Assembly (NCBI GenBank): GCA_003693705.1
Contig: RBZT01000817.1
Coordinates: forward strand, 1 to 46,221
DNA: 46,221 nt
Reading direction: 5' to 3'
Source: Polymyxa betae A26-41
Taxonomy: Eukaryota; Protista; Endomyxa: Phytomyxea
Shown here piece after piece: positions 24,723 to 37,260 of the stretch (positions are counted from its first letter, which is position 1; the number at the start of each line of letters is the position of its first letter). The notes under the pieces are model-generated. The model saw nothing but the letters and a program-made list of their open reading frames with translations, was not told the DNA's origin and made no database searches. A program made the position numbers and the translations under genes.

Positions 24723-27181
24723 TTATACAGCTGCGGCATCGCTGACAACAATTGAGCAGCTACTGAACACGCAGATCGAGATCAAAAACTTCGATCCCGC
24801 AGTAGTAAACGTTTGAATGAAGAGCACATCGCGTCTTGAGCCACGTTCAAACAGCTCACAACACGACGAAATGATGGAGACCGTAAAGATCTCGATTCGC
24901 TCGAAGCAGATGCAACTTTGATGACACCAACAGATCCTGAAACAGCATCACTCAGCATCGTAATGTAGGCCAGAACATTAAAGACACTTCACACTTTCAA
25001 AGCCAGCGAAGACAATTGCCAAAATCAAACAGGGTAACGAGACATAAAAGGGAAAAGAGGCATAAAAAGCTTGACAAGAAAACGCATTATTATAATGTTA
25101 AAATTATGAAAAAAAAAAACATCAGCTGGAACTCACCGGTGACTTTACCGTCGTCCTCAACCGAGAGCGACGCATTCGGGTCGAGTTCCAGGAAGTCGGG
25201 CGAGACGCAGTCCGGGACGGCACTGGACCAAGTTAGGTCCGCATCCAGGCGCACGAGGTCGTCGGCGTCCGCCTGACGCTCGAACACTACCGCGGACTGA
25301 TCCAGCGGGAACAGTGCAAGCCGCAGCTTGGCCGCCGCAGAATCGAACGAAAACGCCGCCTGCACGGACAGGCGGGCCAGTACGGCCCGCGCCACCTCGT
25401 ACTCGTGGGAGATGACGGCGCGGTCGTTAACGGCGGCAGATTTGCTGGAGAGACAGCCGTCAGTGACAAGGTAACGAGATCGCAGAAATGACGTTACGCG
25501 ATATGACTGACGCGGGCTTGAAGGATGTCAGCGATAGGACGAAGGGCGGCGATGATCTCCTTCACGGATGCGTCACGGACTCTGTAACGAGATTGTCGAT
25601 CAGTAACGTGACCAGGCAGGATTTCATGACGAATGCGTTACTCCGGGAGATTGACAGTAGGAAGTTCAGCGCAGAGTTTCGTGACGAACGGATACAGAGA
25701 GCGAGGCACCGGCTCACTCAGGCGCAAAACAGAGCTGATACCGTGAGACTCCTGACCAAGCAGACGTAACGCAATCGGAACTGTTAGTAACTCATCACGA
25801 TCCGAGGGCCTGTACGTCCACATCCACACCGTCAGTATTTTTTTCCAAAGTTCGAAAAATGCAACTTGCGACGAAACCAGCTGAAATTTACTCTGCATCC
25901 AACAACAAGACGATGATGTGACAAAAACTAACGTTACTAAAATTTACGTTACCAAAACTTTATGATTCCAAACATTAAGTCAGCCAAAAAATCAAAATTG
26001 TGAGATAATACAGCAGCATTGAAAGTGAAAAGCGCAGGGCCAAACTTACGGCAGTTGTAGAATGCGCAGTCCGTGATGTTCAACCCATTTCATGAACCTT
26101 TCTGATATTGAAGAGACTGTTCCAACATCGGGTGTATCACAGCGGACCAGTCTACGGACATAATGAAGGAACTTATTCACGATCTCGTCGCTGGACACTT
26201 GCGTGGTGGCACTCCGACCCCACCACCCCCGCAGACTGATTTTAGGTGCGGGCGTGGCCTCCAGATTCAGCTCGTTGACGAAGCCGTCGAATCGGTCCGA
26301 GCAACCCGGCATCATCCAGGTGCGGATATCTGCGAGTATGACGTCGCCGTCCGATGAGGGAGCGAAATGCGATTCCAACAGCGCCACGCAGTCCTGCACC
26401 AGGAGCTGGTCCGGTACGACCAGGTCGGCGATCGGTTTGGGCGGCGATCGATCCGTCAGATGGCGTATCAAGAGCGTGGCGGAGGCCAATTGCAAGAGAG
26501 GCCGCGCCACCTGGACCTCCATCCCCATCTTTAATTGAGTCGTGGTGACATGCGCCTCAATGTCGCGAGACGCCGACACCACATAGGACAGTTCCGCCAG
26601 AGTCAGATTCCATAAGAACAGATCCTATACAGCACAGAGTTAACGTAAATGTACGCGACTCGACACGTAAAGTGTCGTTACTTGAAAAGTAAGCATGCGT
26701 TTTCGAAACCGAAATCAACAGTAATGTTAGGAAAGATGTGAAGATGTGTTACATACAGGTTTATTATGTTTCAATGTGAGATATACGAGAGGGAGTCCAT
26801 ATATAGACTCGTTACATAGATATCGAGCACAATCCATCCAACATCTCAGACGGGCCTGCACGTCGCAGTCGTTCTGGACGGCGCGATGAGCAAACAATTT
26901 CGTGCGGATCTCTTCGGGGATTTTATCATAAAGACGTTGCGCGCTTGGTAACGTTGCCTACGTGAACATGCGTCAGTCCAGGCGACGACCCGAATACCAG
27001 ATGGTATCGTTACATCGGACTCTACGAGTGTAACGCTGAAGACAGTTGTCAATTGCTCCGTACTCAGCGACGGGTACAGCACCGACAGACTAGCAGGGGG
27101 GACGCCGGCCTCCGTCAGCAGCAGCGTCGTGCAGGCCCCCAGGGCCAGCACGACCAATAGATAAGAGTGAGCTATCGTCAT
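24723..27181 (-). pseudogene. Disrupted multi-exon gene for a secreted or membrane-anchored hypothetical protein
   Basis: Signal peptide MTIAHSYLLVVLALGACTTLLLTEA. GC-rich exons (~26050-26625, ~25140-25900) bounded by GTAAGT/GTGAGT donors and AT-rich introns. In-frame stops (e.g. 25638) and frameshifts. Confidence 0.55.
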
Positions 27182-27874
27182 CAATGGCAGAATTAGGAAT
27201 GAAGGTCCAATCGGAAGATTCCCTCATCGGACTGCGAGACTAAACTGAGGATTGATCGGACTGCGAAAATCGAAGAAAATTCCTTCTTTGGATCCGATCT
27301 GAAATCATCAAAACAGTGCGTGATTGATCCCACCAGATCAATAAATATTTCGAGGCCCAAAATAAAATCGACAAAGTTGAATAGATAGATTCATCTGGTG
27401 AAATACCAATTGAAACCGGTACATTAACACCAGCAAGAAAGACGATTCCCAAAGGCATAAAGATGATCCGAACCATGGTACGAGTAGCTGACCTCGTAGA
27501 GATGCCGCCAGTATCCAATGGCGTAACAACCAGAATAAACCAGATTCAATCAAATCTTCAAGAAAACCCTAAACCAGAGAAATATTCCAGTAACAGTGAT
27601 ATGCTGAAGCGACACTCCGCATCAATGAAAGATCAGAAGTTCGTGAGAGCTCGCAGATTGAACCTTTTTTAAGCAATCAGGTCACCGGTTCGACTCCGCA
27701 TTGACAACTTGTTTTTTTGTTGAAAAAGGTTTAATGAATGCACATGATGTATTCAATTAAGACCACAATTTTTCATCTGGTATTTTATGCGAGATCGTCG
27801 GGTACGGTACGACTCGCCAATAGAAGTGACATGTCACAGGAGCATGGCGACGTCATTCTGGCCCCAGGTGGGAG

Positions 27875-30274
27875 ATGACGTCGTCACCTGCGGATGCGGA
27901 CACAGCGAAGACCGCGGTCCAGTCGCTGTTCACGTTTCTGGATGAATGCGGGGCGGCGTCCGTCGATGAGAACCGCCCGCCGCAGCAGCATCCCGCGACG
28001 GACGCCGTGACGGGCGTCACCCCGAAACTGCAGGCCGAGAACGCCATCAGCAAGGTCAAATGCCAGCTGGTCGATATGAAACTCGCCGAGAAACGTGATC
28101 GCAATCGGATCGCGGCGCTCGAGGCCGCACTGGCCCAGGCCAAACATCAGGTCAGACTCTCCGAGTTTGAAATATTATTTTTTTTGTTAAATTTTATATA
28201 TATTTTTTGGTAGAAATGTCACAATTTTTCAATATTTTTTCAAGCAAAAACTCTGCAGAAATGCTCACTAAAATATATTTTTACACTTATAAAATTTTTT
28301 AAATTAAATCTGATTACCCTAACCCTAACCCCTAATGAATGTATTTTTGACTGACGAATTTATATTCCTAGATGGAGGCGGAGGTGCGGAACGCGCAAGC
28401 CGACTTGCAGGCGAAACTCCATGACCAGAAGGTCGAGTACGACCGCGCCTTGCAACGCCAGCTGCAGTTCGTGGACCAGCTGCTGGCTGATAAGAAGGCG
28501 CTCACGGAGAAGGTCGAGGCCCAGGTTCGCGACCACACAAATTTCCGCCAAAACCGATGTGTTTTTTTGTGATTTCTACTCTGTTTGAAAAACATTTATT
28601 GGCTTTTGTAGTGCGATATTTCGAAACTCTAAACTGTCGGGCTTCAGGTTGTGATAGCTGAGCAAGTCCGAGCGTCGGCGGCGTCCGAAGCTCGCGAACG
28701 CGAACATGCCTGGAATCTGCGTATCGACAAGATGCGCCGCGACTGGGAGGAGAACGAACGCGCCCGGCGCACGCTCTGGGCCAACGAAAAGACCGAGGTA
28801 ACATTACAAATCTTCATCACTTCCTCTCTTAAAACTTCTTCTTCTTGCATCAAAAATGTTTTTTTCTTCTTTTTGCAAGATTTTTTTATTCGATTTTTAT
28901 TTGATAATTTTGACAATCTCATTACAGATTATTCGAGCGCGAATATTGAACGAAATGCAAAAAGCCGGAGATAGTCGGACCAGTCGGATAACACGCGAAC
29001 TCAACGACCGTCACCAATCGGAGCTGTCCGCACTGCGCGCCGCGTGCGAACGTGACACACTGACTCGCGTGGCCGCTGCCAAGGCCGCCCTCACCGCCGA
29101 ATTCGACGATCGGCTCCGGCAGCTGGAGGCCAATCGACTCGACGAAATCAAGCGCAGCCTGGCCCAACACCAGGCCGCCGTACTGGCTCTGCGCCAGGAG
29201 TTGCTGACGCAGTTCGAGGCGGAGCGACGCCTTTGGGAGAAAGACCGCGATCGCGAGCTGTCGGAAGTCCGTAAGCTGTTGGAGACGGAGAAGCTCAACA
29301 TGGTCGCACTCCGTGATGGACACCGTGACGACCTGGACAAAGTCCGTCGCAAAGCGCAGCTCGAGGTGGCGAAACATAAGGACCGCCTGCAGGCGCAGTT
29401 CGAAGCGCACCGAGCCGATTGGCTGCGCGAGTCCGAATCGCAACTCCGAGACAAGGAGCGCGCACTCCGCGACCGTGTCGTGTCGGAACGCGACGCGCAG
29501 ATCCGCGTGATCGTGGAGCGGCTCAGTCAGGAGGCCGCCGACAAAGACGCGCGTTGGGACAAACAGCGACGTAACGAAGTTGAGTCGATAACGAAACAGC
29601 TGGAGCGGGTCGAGGCCTCCTGGACGGACCGGTACGACCAGCTGATGGGGAAGTTTCGGGATGCGTGTGAGAGAGCGGAAGAGGCGCGGAAGGCTGCGAC
29701 AGAGGCCAAGGAAGACCGGGCGGTGTTGCTTCGGAGGAAAGAAGAGGCGGAGGCCGCGCTCGGAAGGCTGGAGGCCACGCGCGCCGTCGAACTGGAACAG
29801 AACGCCGAACAGCTCGACAAGGACCGAGTCGAATGGCGCCAGGCACTGGACCAGGCGCAGGCCGCGGAAAAAGCCGTCCGCGAGGCCGCCGTCCTCGCCC
29901 AGGCAGAGATTGATAGGAGACTCCGCGAGGTAGTTTACACTCAATTTCTATCAAAAGTTTTTATGTATTTTTTTGCAAAATGTTTCGAGAAAATTTTCTC
30001 GTCATTTTTTCATCATTATTTCAAATTTGTCGCCAACGATAATTTGATTAAAAAATTTGGCGATGGCGACGGATGAATTGATGCGAATGTGGTTTAGGTG
30101 GAGGCGCGACGGGATGATGAGATGGTACAGGTGGAGGGCAAAGTCCGTGCGGCCATGACCCGGAAAGATGCCACGATCAGTACTCTGCGAAATCAGCTGG
30201 AATCGAAAGAGATGCAGCTGGAACAGATGCGTCGCGCTCTTGATAAACATAAACGGGACCTACTCGGCCTGTAA
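27875..30274 (+). CDS. CEP131: Centrosomal protein CEP131/AZI1 homolog (5 exons)
   Basis: Coiled coil with CEP131-type motifs SLFTFLDE, YDRALQRQLQFVDQLLADKKALTEKVE, RRTLWANEKTE, ERDAQIRVIVERL and the terminal VEGKVRAAMTRKDATISTLRNQL...LDKHKRDLLGL*. Confidence 0.85.
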
Positions 30275-31228
30275 CATATATCAGTAATCTACCCTAAACC
30301 TGATAATGACTAGTCACTTGGTCGCCAGACACAAGTTTAAGGGTTTAGGGCTTTCTTGGTCCGTCTGTAGCTGCTCCGGCTACTCTATTCACCAACTATT
30401 CACAGAATCAGGTTAAAAATTGCGTTCATTTTGAGACCGCTTCAAAAAACATCTAACACATCTTGAATCGTCACTCTGTTGAGATTCATAGAATGGTGGT
30501 TTGAGAATACCAGATTCTGAAAAGTCTCGCATTGGTACAATGAATAAAGTTGCCTTCGCTGGCGCCCATTGACCTGGGTCGTGCACTCATTCCGACCAAG
30601 TCGGCCCGTCAGCCGAAAATCGCCATTCCAGATGGGGATTTTGAGAGCCCATCCAGACGAAAATAGGCCAGGCTTTTTTAGACTACGAATGTCTTGTTAT
30701 TCAAGAATAAACAATCGCTTCCGCTGAATCACAGTTGAGAATCGAGAGGCTTAGATATTGGTTGAAATCCACCAATCCATAAAGTCAAGGATACGATACC
30801 CTGGTTTTGATGAGGATATCTGATTCCACTTCTGTGCTTACTTATGAATTGCCCCATCTGTTCAGGATCTTCATCGGCAAACTGACAGCGGAATAACGAT
30901 CTATAAAGACAATGCTTTATTCACATATTTCATTAACATGAATTGGGCCCTTCGCGATATGATGAATAAACTTTGGAGTCGTGGTTCGTGGATATCTGTT
31001 GGAACTCGCCATCTTAATCCTAGAAGTTTTTGAAGCCATCTACAGAATCTGATCATGTTCTGTGATATTCGAGATTTTTGTATTCAGTTTATGTCAAGTT
31101 GGTAAGAGTGATCATTATCGTTTATATGCGGACTTGGAATTCCTAGACAAGCCATAGTCACGTTCCAGAACAATGGGATATGTTCCGAGCCGAGTATCAG
31201 AGGCCAACCTTCACCATAACAATATCAG

Positions 31229-31600
31229 ATGCAATGGACGACACGACCTTGCGATAACCCTACGGCCCCAGCCTCACCCCATATCAATCGGGACACCGCT
31301 CCAGCAGTGGCGGATGTCACCACTGGAACACGACCGCGCAGCCCGGGGCCAGTACGTCCGCCCGGGTCGCGCGAATGGCGCGGCTACTTACACGACCAGT
31401 CGGAATGTTTCGTGACCCCGCAAGGTGTTCTGGTGTGCGACCCGCTCTATGTCAGCGGACTGATTCATCCCGTGGGCGAGTACGACGTGGAAGGCCGCCC
31501 CCTCGTCCGACTGTATCATGCCGGGAGATGGTATCTGGGGATGCTCCGCTGTCCGGACCAGTTCCTGGCTGTATCACGGGACGCTGATCTCGGGTCGTAA
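31229..31600 (+). CDS. Small hypothetical protein (123 aa)
   Basis: GC-rich intact ATG-TAA ORF in AT-richer flanks. Pro/Thr-rich N half and a beta-rich C half. Confidence 0.45.
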   Translation: MQWTTRPCDNPTAPASPHINRDTAPAVADVTTGTRPRSPGPVRPPGSREWRGYLHDQSECFVTPQGVLVCDPLYVSGLIHPVGEYDVEGRPLVRLYHAGRWYLGMLRCPDQFLAVSRDADLGS

Positions 31601-33077
31601 CATAACACGCGGGAGATGGTCGTCATGCGGATTTTGTTCACTGTAATAATTGTTATAGAGTACGGTGAGATGATATCGGAGATTGTATTGTGTGTGTAGA
31701 TAGGCAGAAAGACTGAGGGTCATTCACAGAATTGTGATCTGAAGCATGGCTCGTTGTAGGCTGGATGATGCCAGTGCGTAATGTTATCCCAAAATTGACC
31801 CTGTGATGTATCGTATATTGTGCGGCTTTATGTACATGATACGCAGAGCTCAGTGCTGAGCGCATTTTGTCTGGTGCTTTCCCTTTCTCGAGAGAAGTAA
31901 TCTTCAGATGCGGACTCTATGGTCCCAATCGCAAGAAATCGACTTATACAACGACCCGACGGTTCCGTAAACTTCTCTATTGCAACCACCAATCTCAACG
32001 AATCAGACGTCAAATGCGAATCGCTTCGACATCGACAATGATGTTTTTATATAACAGTAGATAAGTGATATCTCATCAATCAGGACAACGTGTTTTATTC
32101 CAGCTTTCATTGCTTCGGATCTATAGAGAGGCGGAGTTTATTTGATCAATTTTAGGCAATCAGCTCGCTGGAATTTATACCATCAATTTTGCGCCCGTCT
32201 TGAAGAATTTCCATCATTATGACAGTTTAGCAGGATCGGTGGCGAATTGTGTCTTCCTGAGACGAGTTAGGGTTTGACGGACTCATCCCGATGGATCAAT
32301 ATCTCTGATTAGACATTGACATTGATTGACACAGCATTCCAATCTATCTGGAATATGATAGGGCCATACACTATACTATATAGGACAAGGGCAGATTCTC
32401 TCTCTTTTGCAATCGTGATACCTGTTTCAAGATGTAAAGGGCGAAGGCTCGATGACGGATGGAAGGCTGCGCGTCCTTCGACAGACAGAAACCTTTCCCT
32501 CTTGTACAGTAAAGTGCTCGAGTATATCGAACGGCGGAGTCAGGTTCTGGAAGCCTATCATTGAAAGGATCTCCCATTTCTATTCGGGAATCTCTGATGT
32601 CTGAATGTATGTATGGAGTGGAGGCTGCCTTCATGGTGAAACATGCCAATATGGGCTAGATACAAAAACGTAGCCCCAAATTCCAGGATCGTACTGGCCG
32701 CTTTTGTGGTGGTGTTAGGTCACTCACATGAGCCGAGCCTGTCAGATTTGACGGAGTATTGTCAGAATAGTACGGTGCAGCATAGTCACATGACGGAGAC
32801 GGGGCTTCTGAAAAAATAAACGGAGTTTTTTTGTACTTTACACGGAAGTATATTGAGAGCTCGGGGACAGGCGCTCGTCGAGCTGGCCCAAATTCGGGAT
32901 CATGGTTATAGGACTTTCGTAATGATGAAAGAGTTGTATCATTTGGTGATAAGGTACAAAGATTCCCTTTGATAGGACCTCATTACGTAGAAGATCTCCA
33001 AGTGTAACAAAGGGTCGAACCACTCTTCGACCCGGGTTAACTGGGTCAAACGCGCTGAAATCTCTACGGGCCATTTG

Positions 33078-33092
33078 TCTCTCTCTCTCTCT
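33078..33092. repeat. (TC)n microsatellite at the retrotransposon 3' junction
   Basis: TCTCTCTCTCTCTCT directly abuts the 3' UTR. Confidence 0.9.
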
Positions 33093-36000
33093 GTGTGTAT
33101 TAATGTTTAAAATAGTTGAGGTAAATATGTGCTGTCCTGCCGGCAAGCTCGTACTTCGGCAGCGCATCAATGAGCTTAGATGTGTAGTGCGGCAGCCCGA
33201 GCTCGGACGATGACTGCTGCCAGGTCGAATGTTACAGACTCCGATCCTTGCGCGGACACACGAAGGCAAGCGAGCCAGGCCTTGGATTTCGCCGAGGCGA
33301 ACCCACCCGCACTGAATGTCATGGGCGTGAATGGGGCTCGAAAGGCATTATGGTACTTCACGCGTTTTTCCTTTTCGCGAAAGGCGAGCAGGTATCCTAT
33401 CTGTCGTTTCGTCCACTTGGCAACTGCATCGCCGGCTTGACGGGGGATCGCGCTGAGACGGGACAAGTTGACGGGAGACGACGCTGACACGAACGAAATG
33501 TCGATGACACCTGCCACTCCGTCCGGGGCCGTCAGCCCATTAACGAGGATGTCGCCGCGCGTGGCGGGATCAGCGCCTGGGCCATCGGCCCGGGGCTCCG
33601 TTGTGGCTGAAGAGCCGAGATCGGATGCACGATTAGCTAGCATGTCGCGGAAAGCGTTATGCCGGGCGCATCGAGGGCCAGTCGCTCTGCGTTGGCACCA
33701 TTCTCCATGTAAAAACGACTCGGACTCATTGCATGCCGAACATGACCCGATCGGACCTGGCAGGAGCAAACGGAGCTGTAGAGAGCCGCTGACTTGCCGA
33801 TCCGTTAGTGTGCGTGAGGGGTAAAGAGGAATCATTCGGAGCCACGCCGATCCCAAAGCTGAAGAGTTCTCGACCATCGCAAGTCTCCGGCTGTCGTCCA
33901 GCGCGTTCAATAGGTCGTCCGCCGCTTCGCGCAGATAATTTTGATGTCCCGATGGGATGCGTGAGGCAGACATGAAATCGTGGTCGGCGCTTGAGGGGCG
34001 CTCTTGGAAAAGCTCGGTGTGTTGGGCGACCCGATCACAGAGGTCTCGAGAAGACTGGCGTGCGTGAGGACTGAGTTCGAAGTAGTTTGGGAGGCCCAAC
34101 CCTCCAAATTTCAGAGGGAGAGTCGCCAATCGTCGCGCTTGATCGTCCAAAACCGGCTCCGCACCGACAGACGCCAGCTTTTGTACTGCGCGGAGGAGGG
34201 CGGCGTCTGCCTCTGCCCATGTATTGTCCAGGTCAGTCGGGTCGAGGGTACGGAGAAGATGTAGAAGGGACGGGGCAATGCAGGATCGGGTCAGGAGCAG
34301 GGCGGACTGGCGCGGAAGCTGCATGATCTGGCTGAGCTGCTTCTCGAACTTCTTAATCTTGCTTTGAAGGAACTGACGTCGGCCATCGACGCTCCCGATG
34401 AAGGTGCCGAGGATCTCACATCCGTTTAGACGCAGATCGTCCGCCGAGTGAATCTGGCACTTGGCAATGTTGAGGACAAGGCCGTCCGACCGATCCGTGA
34501 GAAAGTCAGACTTGATGACGTTTAGGAGCGCCTGTGCCTGCTCCAGGGATGAGCGTGAGTCGCGCCGATTATGCGGGATCCATATCAGGGTGTCGTCCAG
34601 GTATGAAATGACCTCCGCGTGATTCGCCGACGCTTGTTCCGATAGACGTTCGATGCGCGCCCGATAGGCATAGGAGAACAGTAAACCTTGGCTAGATTCG
34701 AGCAATTGCTCGACTGAGCCGGAACTCGAGCGTGTGAACAGGGGCGATGATGACCCATAAGCCCACCGGACCGCGCGCTGCATCCTTGGATTGAGCTCCG
34801 CGACCGCCTTCGCCAAGTGCCGTCGGTCGATTGTATTGAAAGCATTGGAGAGGTCGAGGCAGATAAAGGCGCCGTTAAGTTCGCGGTCATCCACGACATC
34901 TTGGATCTTCCGAATGATTCGCCCCGTGTTCGTCCAGTACGGGCAATGCACCTGGCCGCCACCCTATAAAAAAACTCGCCAACTGCAATCGGGCGGAGTT
35001 TGTTAGTGCCAGGTTTCCGGAGCGGAATCAAGCTAGATGACAGCAGGTACATACTGCCCGGGGCGTTACCGTTACAGATCATGTTGGCAAGTTTGCAGAG
35101 AAACGTGACGAAGTCCTTGTCTTTGCAGGCGATATGAAGCAGATGCGATGTCCACCCGGACGGGCCACCAGCAGAATCTAAGCTCGTGCGACGGACTGAG
35201 TCGCGAATTTGCTGTTCGGAAATTCGGGGGCCTTGGATGCGGGGCTGGTCGGGAAAAGGGTTGGCCGGGCCTTGGGGATGTAGGACACGCAGAGCCTGAA
35301 CCGCGCTTTCGTCAAGTGTGACCGGTGTGAGGTTGCACGTGGCGATCCGGGTCGCTTTACTGAGTCTGCCTGCCTGGACGGCGCGGACGGCCCGTCGTGA
35401 AGTGGATTCCGGGTCAGGAGTCGAGATCGGGCTGGGCCGGCAGTCGGTGGTCGGTCGTGGTATTAGCGGATACAGCTTGATGCGATTCTTCAGCTCCTGC
35501 TTGCGATAGCGGGTGATACGTGGTGCGATGGCGACGGACGGCAGACCCAAGAGAAGGAACAGATTGTCAGGATTGGGCCCCTGGTTGAACTGGCGAGCGA
35601 GCGCCCCAGCTTTCTTTGTGAAGTGCTTCTGGACCGAGCGTGGCAGGATGCGGCCCGCCTGCGGCATGTGGACCAGGGACAGGTGAAGTAGATCAGCAGG
35701 TTGTTCGGAGAGAGAATTGAAGGGGTCGGGGACAAACCAAAACTCGCTGCTGGACGTGGGGGCTTCGGGTTCGGAGGCCGATCTAGGAGAAATGTCGACG
35801 GGGAGGGGGTTCTCGGGCGATGGTGTGACGCCGGGGGCGGGGGCAAATTGCGGCGTATCTGGAGACTCTGTCTGCGCGCCGACCGTAACGTCAAGAACTT
35901 CACGGATGAACTCTGTGGCTTCATCGATTCGGGGCTCACCTTCCTCGCGATCGAACAGTGTGGAATCAGGCGAGCGGGACTGGACTTCGGCGATCGACGT

Positions 36001-36601
36001 TGGGTCGGGTGATTGGCAACCATCGGTGCTGGGCAAGGCAGGGTCCAGAGCAGCACGCGAAGCACCCAGTTGGCAACCGGTGCGTCTCCGGTGTACGTCC
36101 AGCCCGTACAGGCTCGAGACCAGTGCTCCACAGGCGCAGGCGTATGCTCCAATTTGGCTTGCCTTATCAGCGGTCCATTTGTGACGGCCACGGTGTGCTT
36201 GGCTGGCGTGTTTGAACACGTCGAGGCAATGTCGGGAGCAAAGGGGGCATGACCCTTCCTGTGGTACGCGAGGGGCTGAGGGGATAGCGATGGCACGCAG
36301 GGCTCTGGATGAGGTGGGCGTGGCCTCCGTTCGAGGGGGCAAGGGAGTGACAGTGGAGGCGGAGGGAGCGGAAGAAGTGCGCGCAGCCCCCGTCTGGGGG
36401 TGCGGCCTCCGTCTGGGGTTCCTCGACGCTCGGGTCGTGGACGACCGGCTGCCGACCGGCACCGGAGCACGGCAGCGCCTCGGCCGACCGTCCGAGCGAG
36501 CCTGCGGGGAGGTCGTGGCGATATCCGGCTGCGCTCCTACCATCTAGGCCAGGAGGCGGGCACGAGGACGACCACGGCGGCAGGCGGGACGGACGGACCA
36601 A
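33093..36601 (-). mobile_element. Non-LTR retrotransposon, CRE clade (N-terminal zinc fingers, RT, restriction-like endonuclease), near full length but inactivated
   Basis: ORF 33176-36543 split by one frameshift. CPLC..H....H and CACG...H...C fingers. RT motifs SAGGPSGW, LIPLRK..KLRPIAVGE, LDLSNAFNTIDR, YLDD, ILGTFIG, LPLKFGGLGL. C-terminal CSAC..H...C, RHNAFRD, RGDILV, IDISF, REKEKRVKY, PMTFSAGG. Confidence 0.9.
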
Positions 36602-36638
<37 letters not shown>

Positions 36639-36692
36639 TCACTTTCTCTCTCTTCTCTCTCTCTCTTTCTCTCCCTCTCTCTCCCTCTCTCT
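36602..36692. repeat. Imperfect ~90-bp (CT)n microsatellite at the retrotransposon 5' junction
   Basis: CT-rich tract beginning 58 nt upstream of the element ATG at 36543. Confidence 0.92.
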
Positions 36693-37260
36693 GGTACCGT
36701 ATGTATCTAGCTCTGTCTGGTGGACGTTCGCACACGATGCCTCTTAGACTCCAATAAGACTTTACTGAAAGAACGGGCCGCGTGATTCCTTTGCGATGAT
36801 CTGCTGCCTCAACGCAATTTTCCAAATATTCTTAACAATCGCTATATGAGCGACACAGTTGTATTAGGTTTTCAATCATTTTCAATGATTCAGTTTCTTG
36901 CCGTTCAACCATACAAGTTGATGAAGTGCTGAAAAAATTGCAGCAGGCTGAATTCTCGCAGCTCGGGCTTCTTCGCCCCTTTCTTGATTCTCGAGTTTGA
37001 GCCCTCTGCCCGGGAAGTGGCCACCGTTTTCACAGTGAAATTTTTGGATGTATGAGCCCTGCACACTTTCTCCTGGTCCGAATTCAGCTTCTGAATGGAG
37101 CTCAATGCACTTGAGCTGCTGTCGTGTTTGTTTTAGCACGACTGTGGTTGTAGTTGCAGTTGTTCAGCTGATTGCAAGTCATAAATTGCAGAATTTAACA
37201 GAGGTGTTTGGTATAGATGAAGTCTGATTATCAAGCAGGAGGAGATTATCTGCATCGATC
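36693..37260 (-). mobile_element. Mutator/MULE transposase relic
   Basis: SIQKLNSDQEKVCRAHTSKNFTVKTVATSRAEGSNSRIKK matches the MULE/FAR1 pattern (ekW..ay....F.....TtsRaEs.Ns.iK) around the catalytic Glu. Stops and frameshifts nearby. Confidence 0.65.

Noticed and set aside
16260-27181. Stop-codon reassignment explaining the in-frame stops
   Set aside because: Conserved genes end normally in TAA/TGA with no internal stops in the exons I checked, the broken genes also have frameshifts, and no suppressor tRNA is present.
28922-29954. Long antisense ORFs over CEP131
   Set aside because: Shadow ORFs of GC-rich coiled-coil codons.
36460-36601. HDV-like ribozyme at the retrotransposon 5' end
   Set aside because: Partial CC-TCCCCGCA-GG..GG resemblance only. 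P1/P2 and the J4/2 C-x-A motif could not be completed by eye.
35490-36747. Overlapping ORFs in the retrotransposon 5' half
   Set aside because: GC-rich alternative frames with no domains. The main frame holds the zinc fingers and RT.
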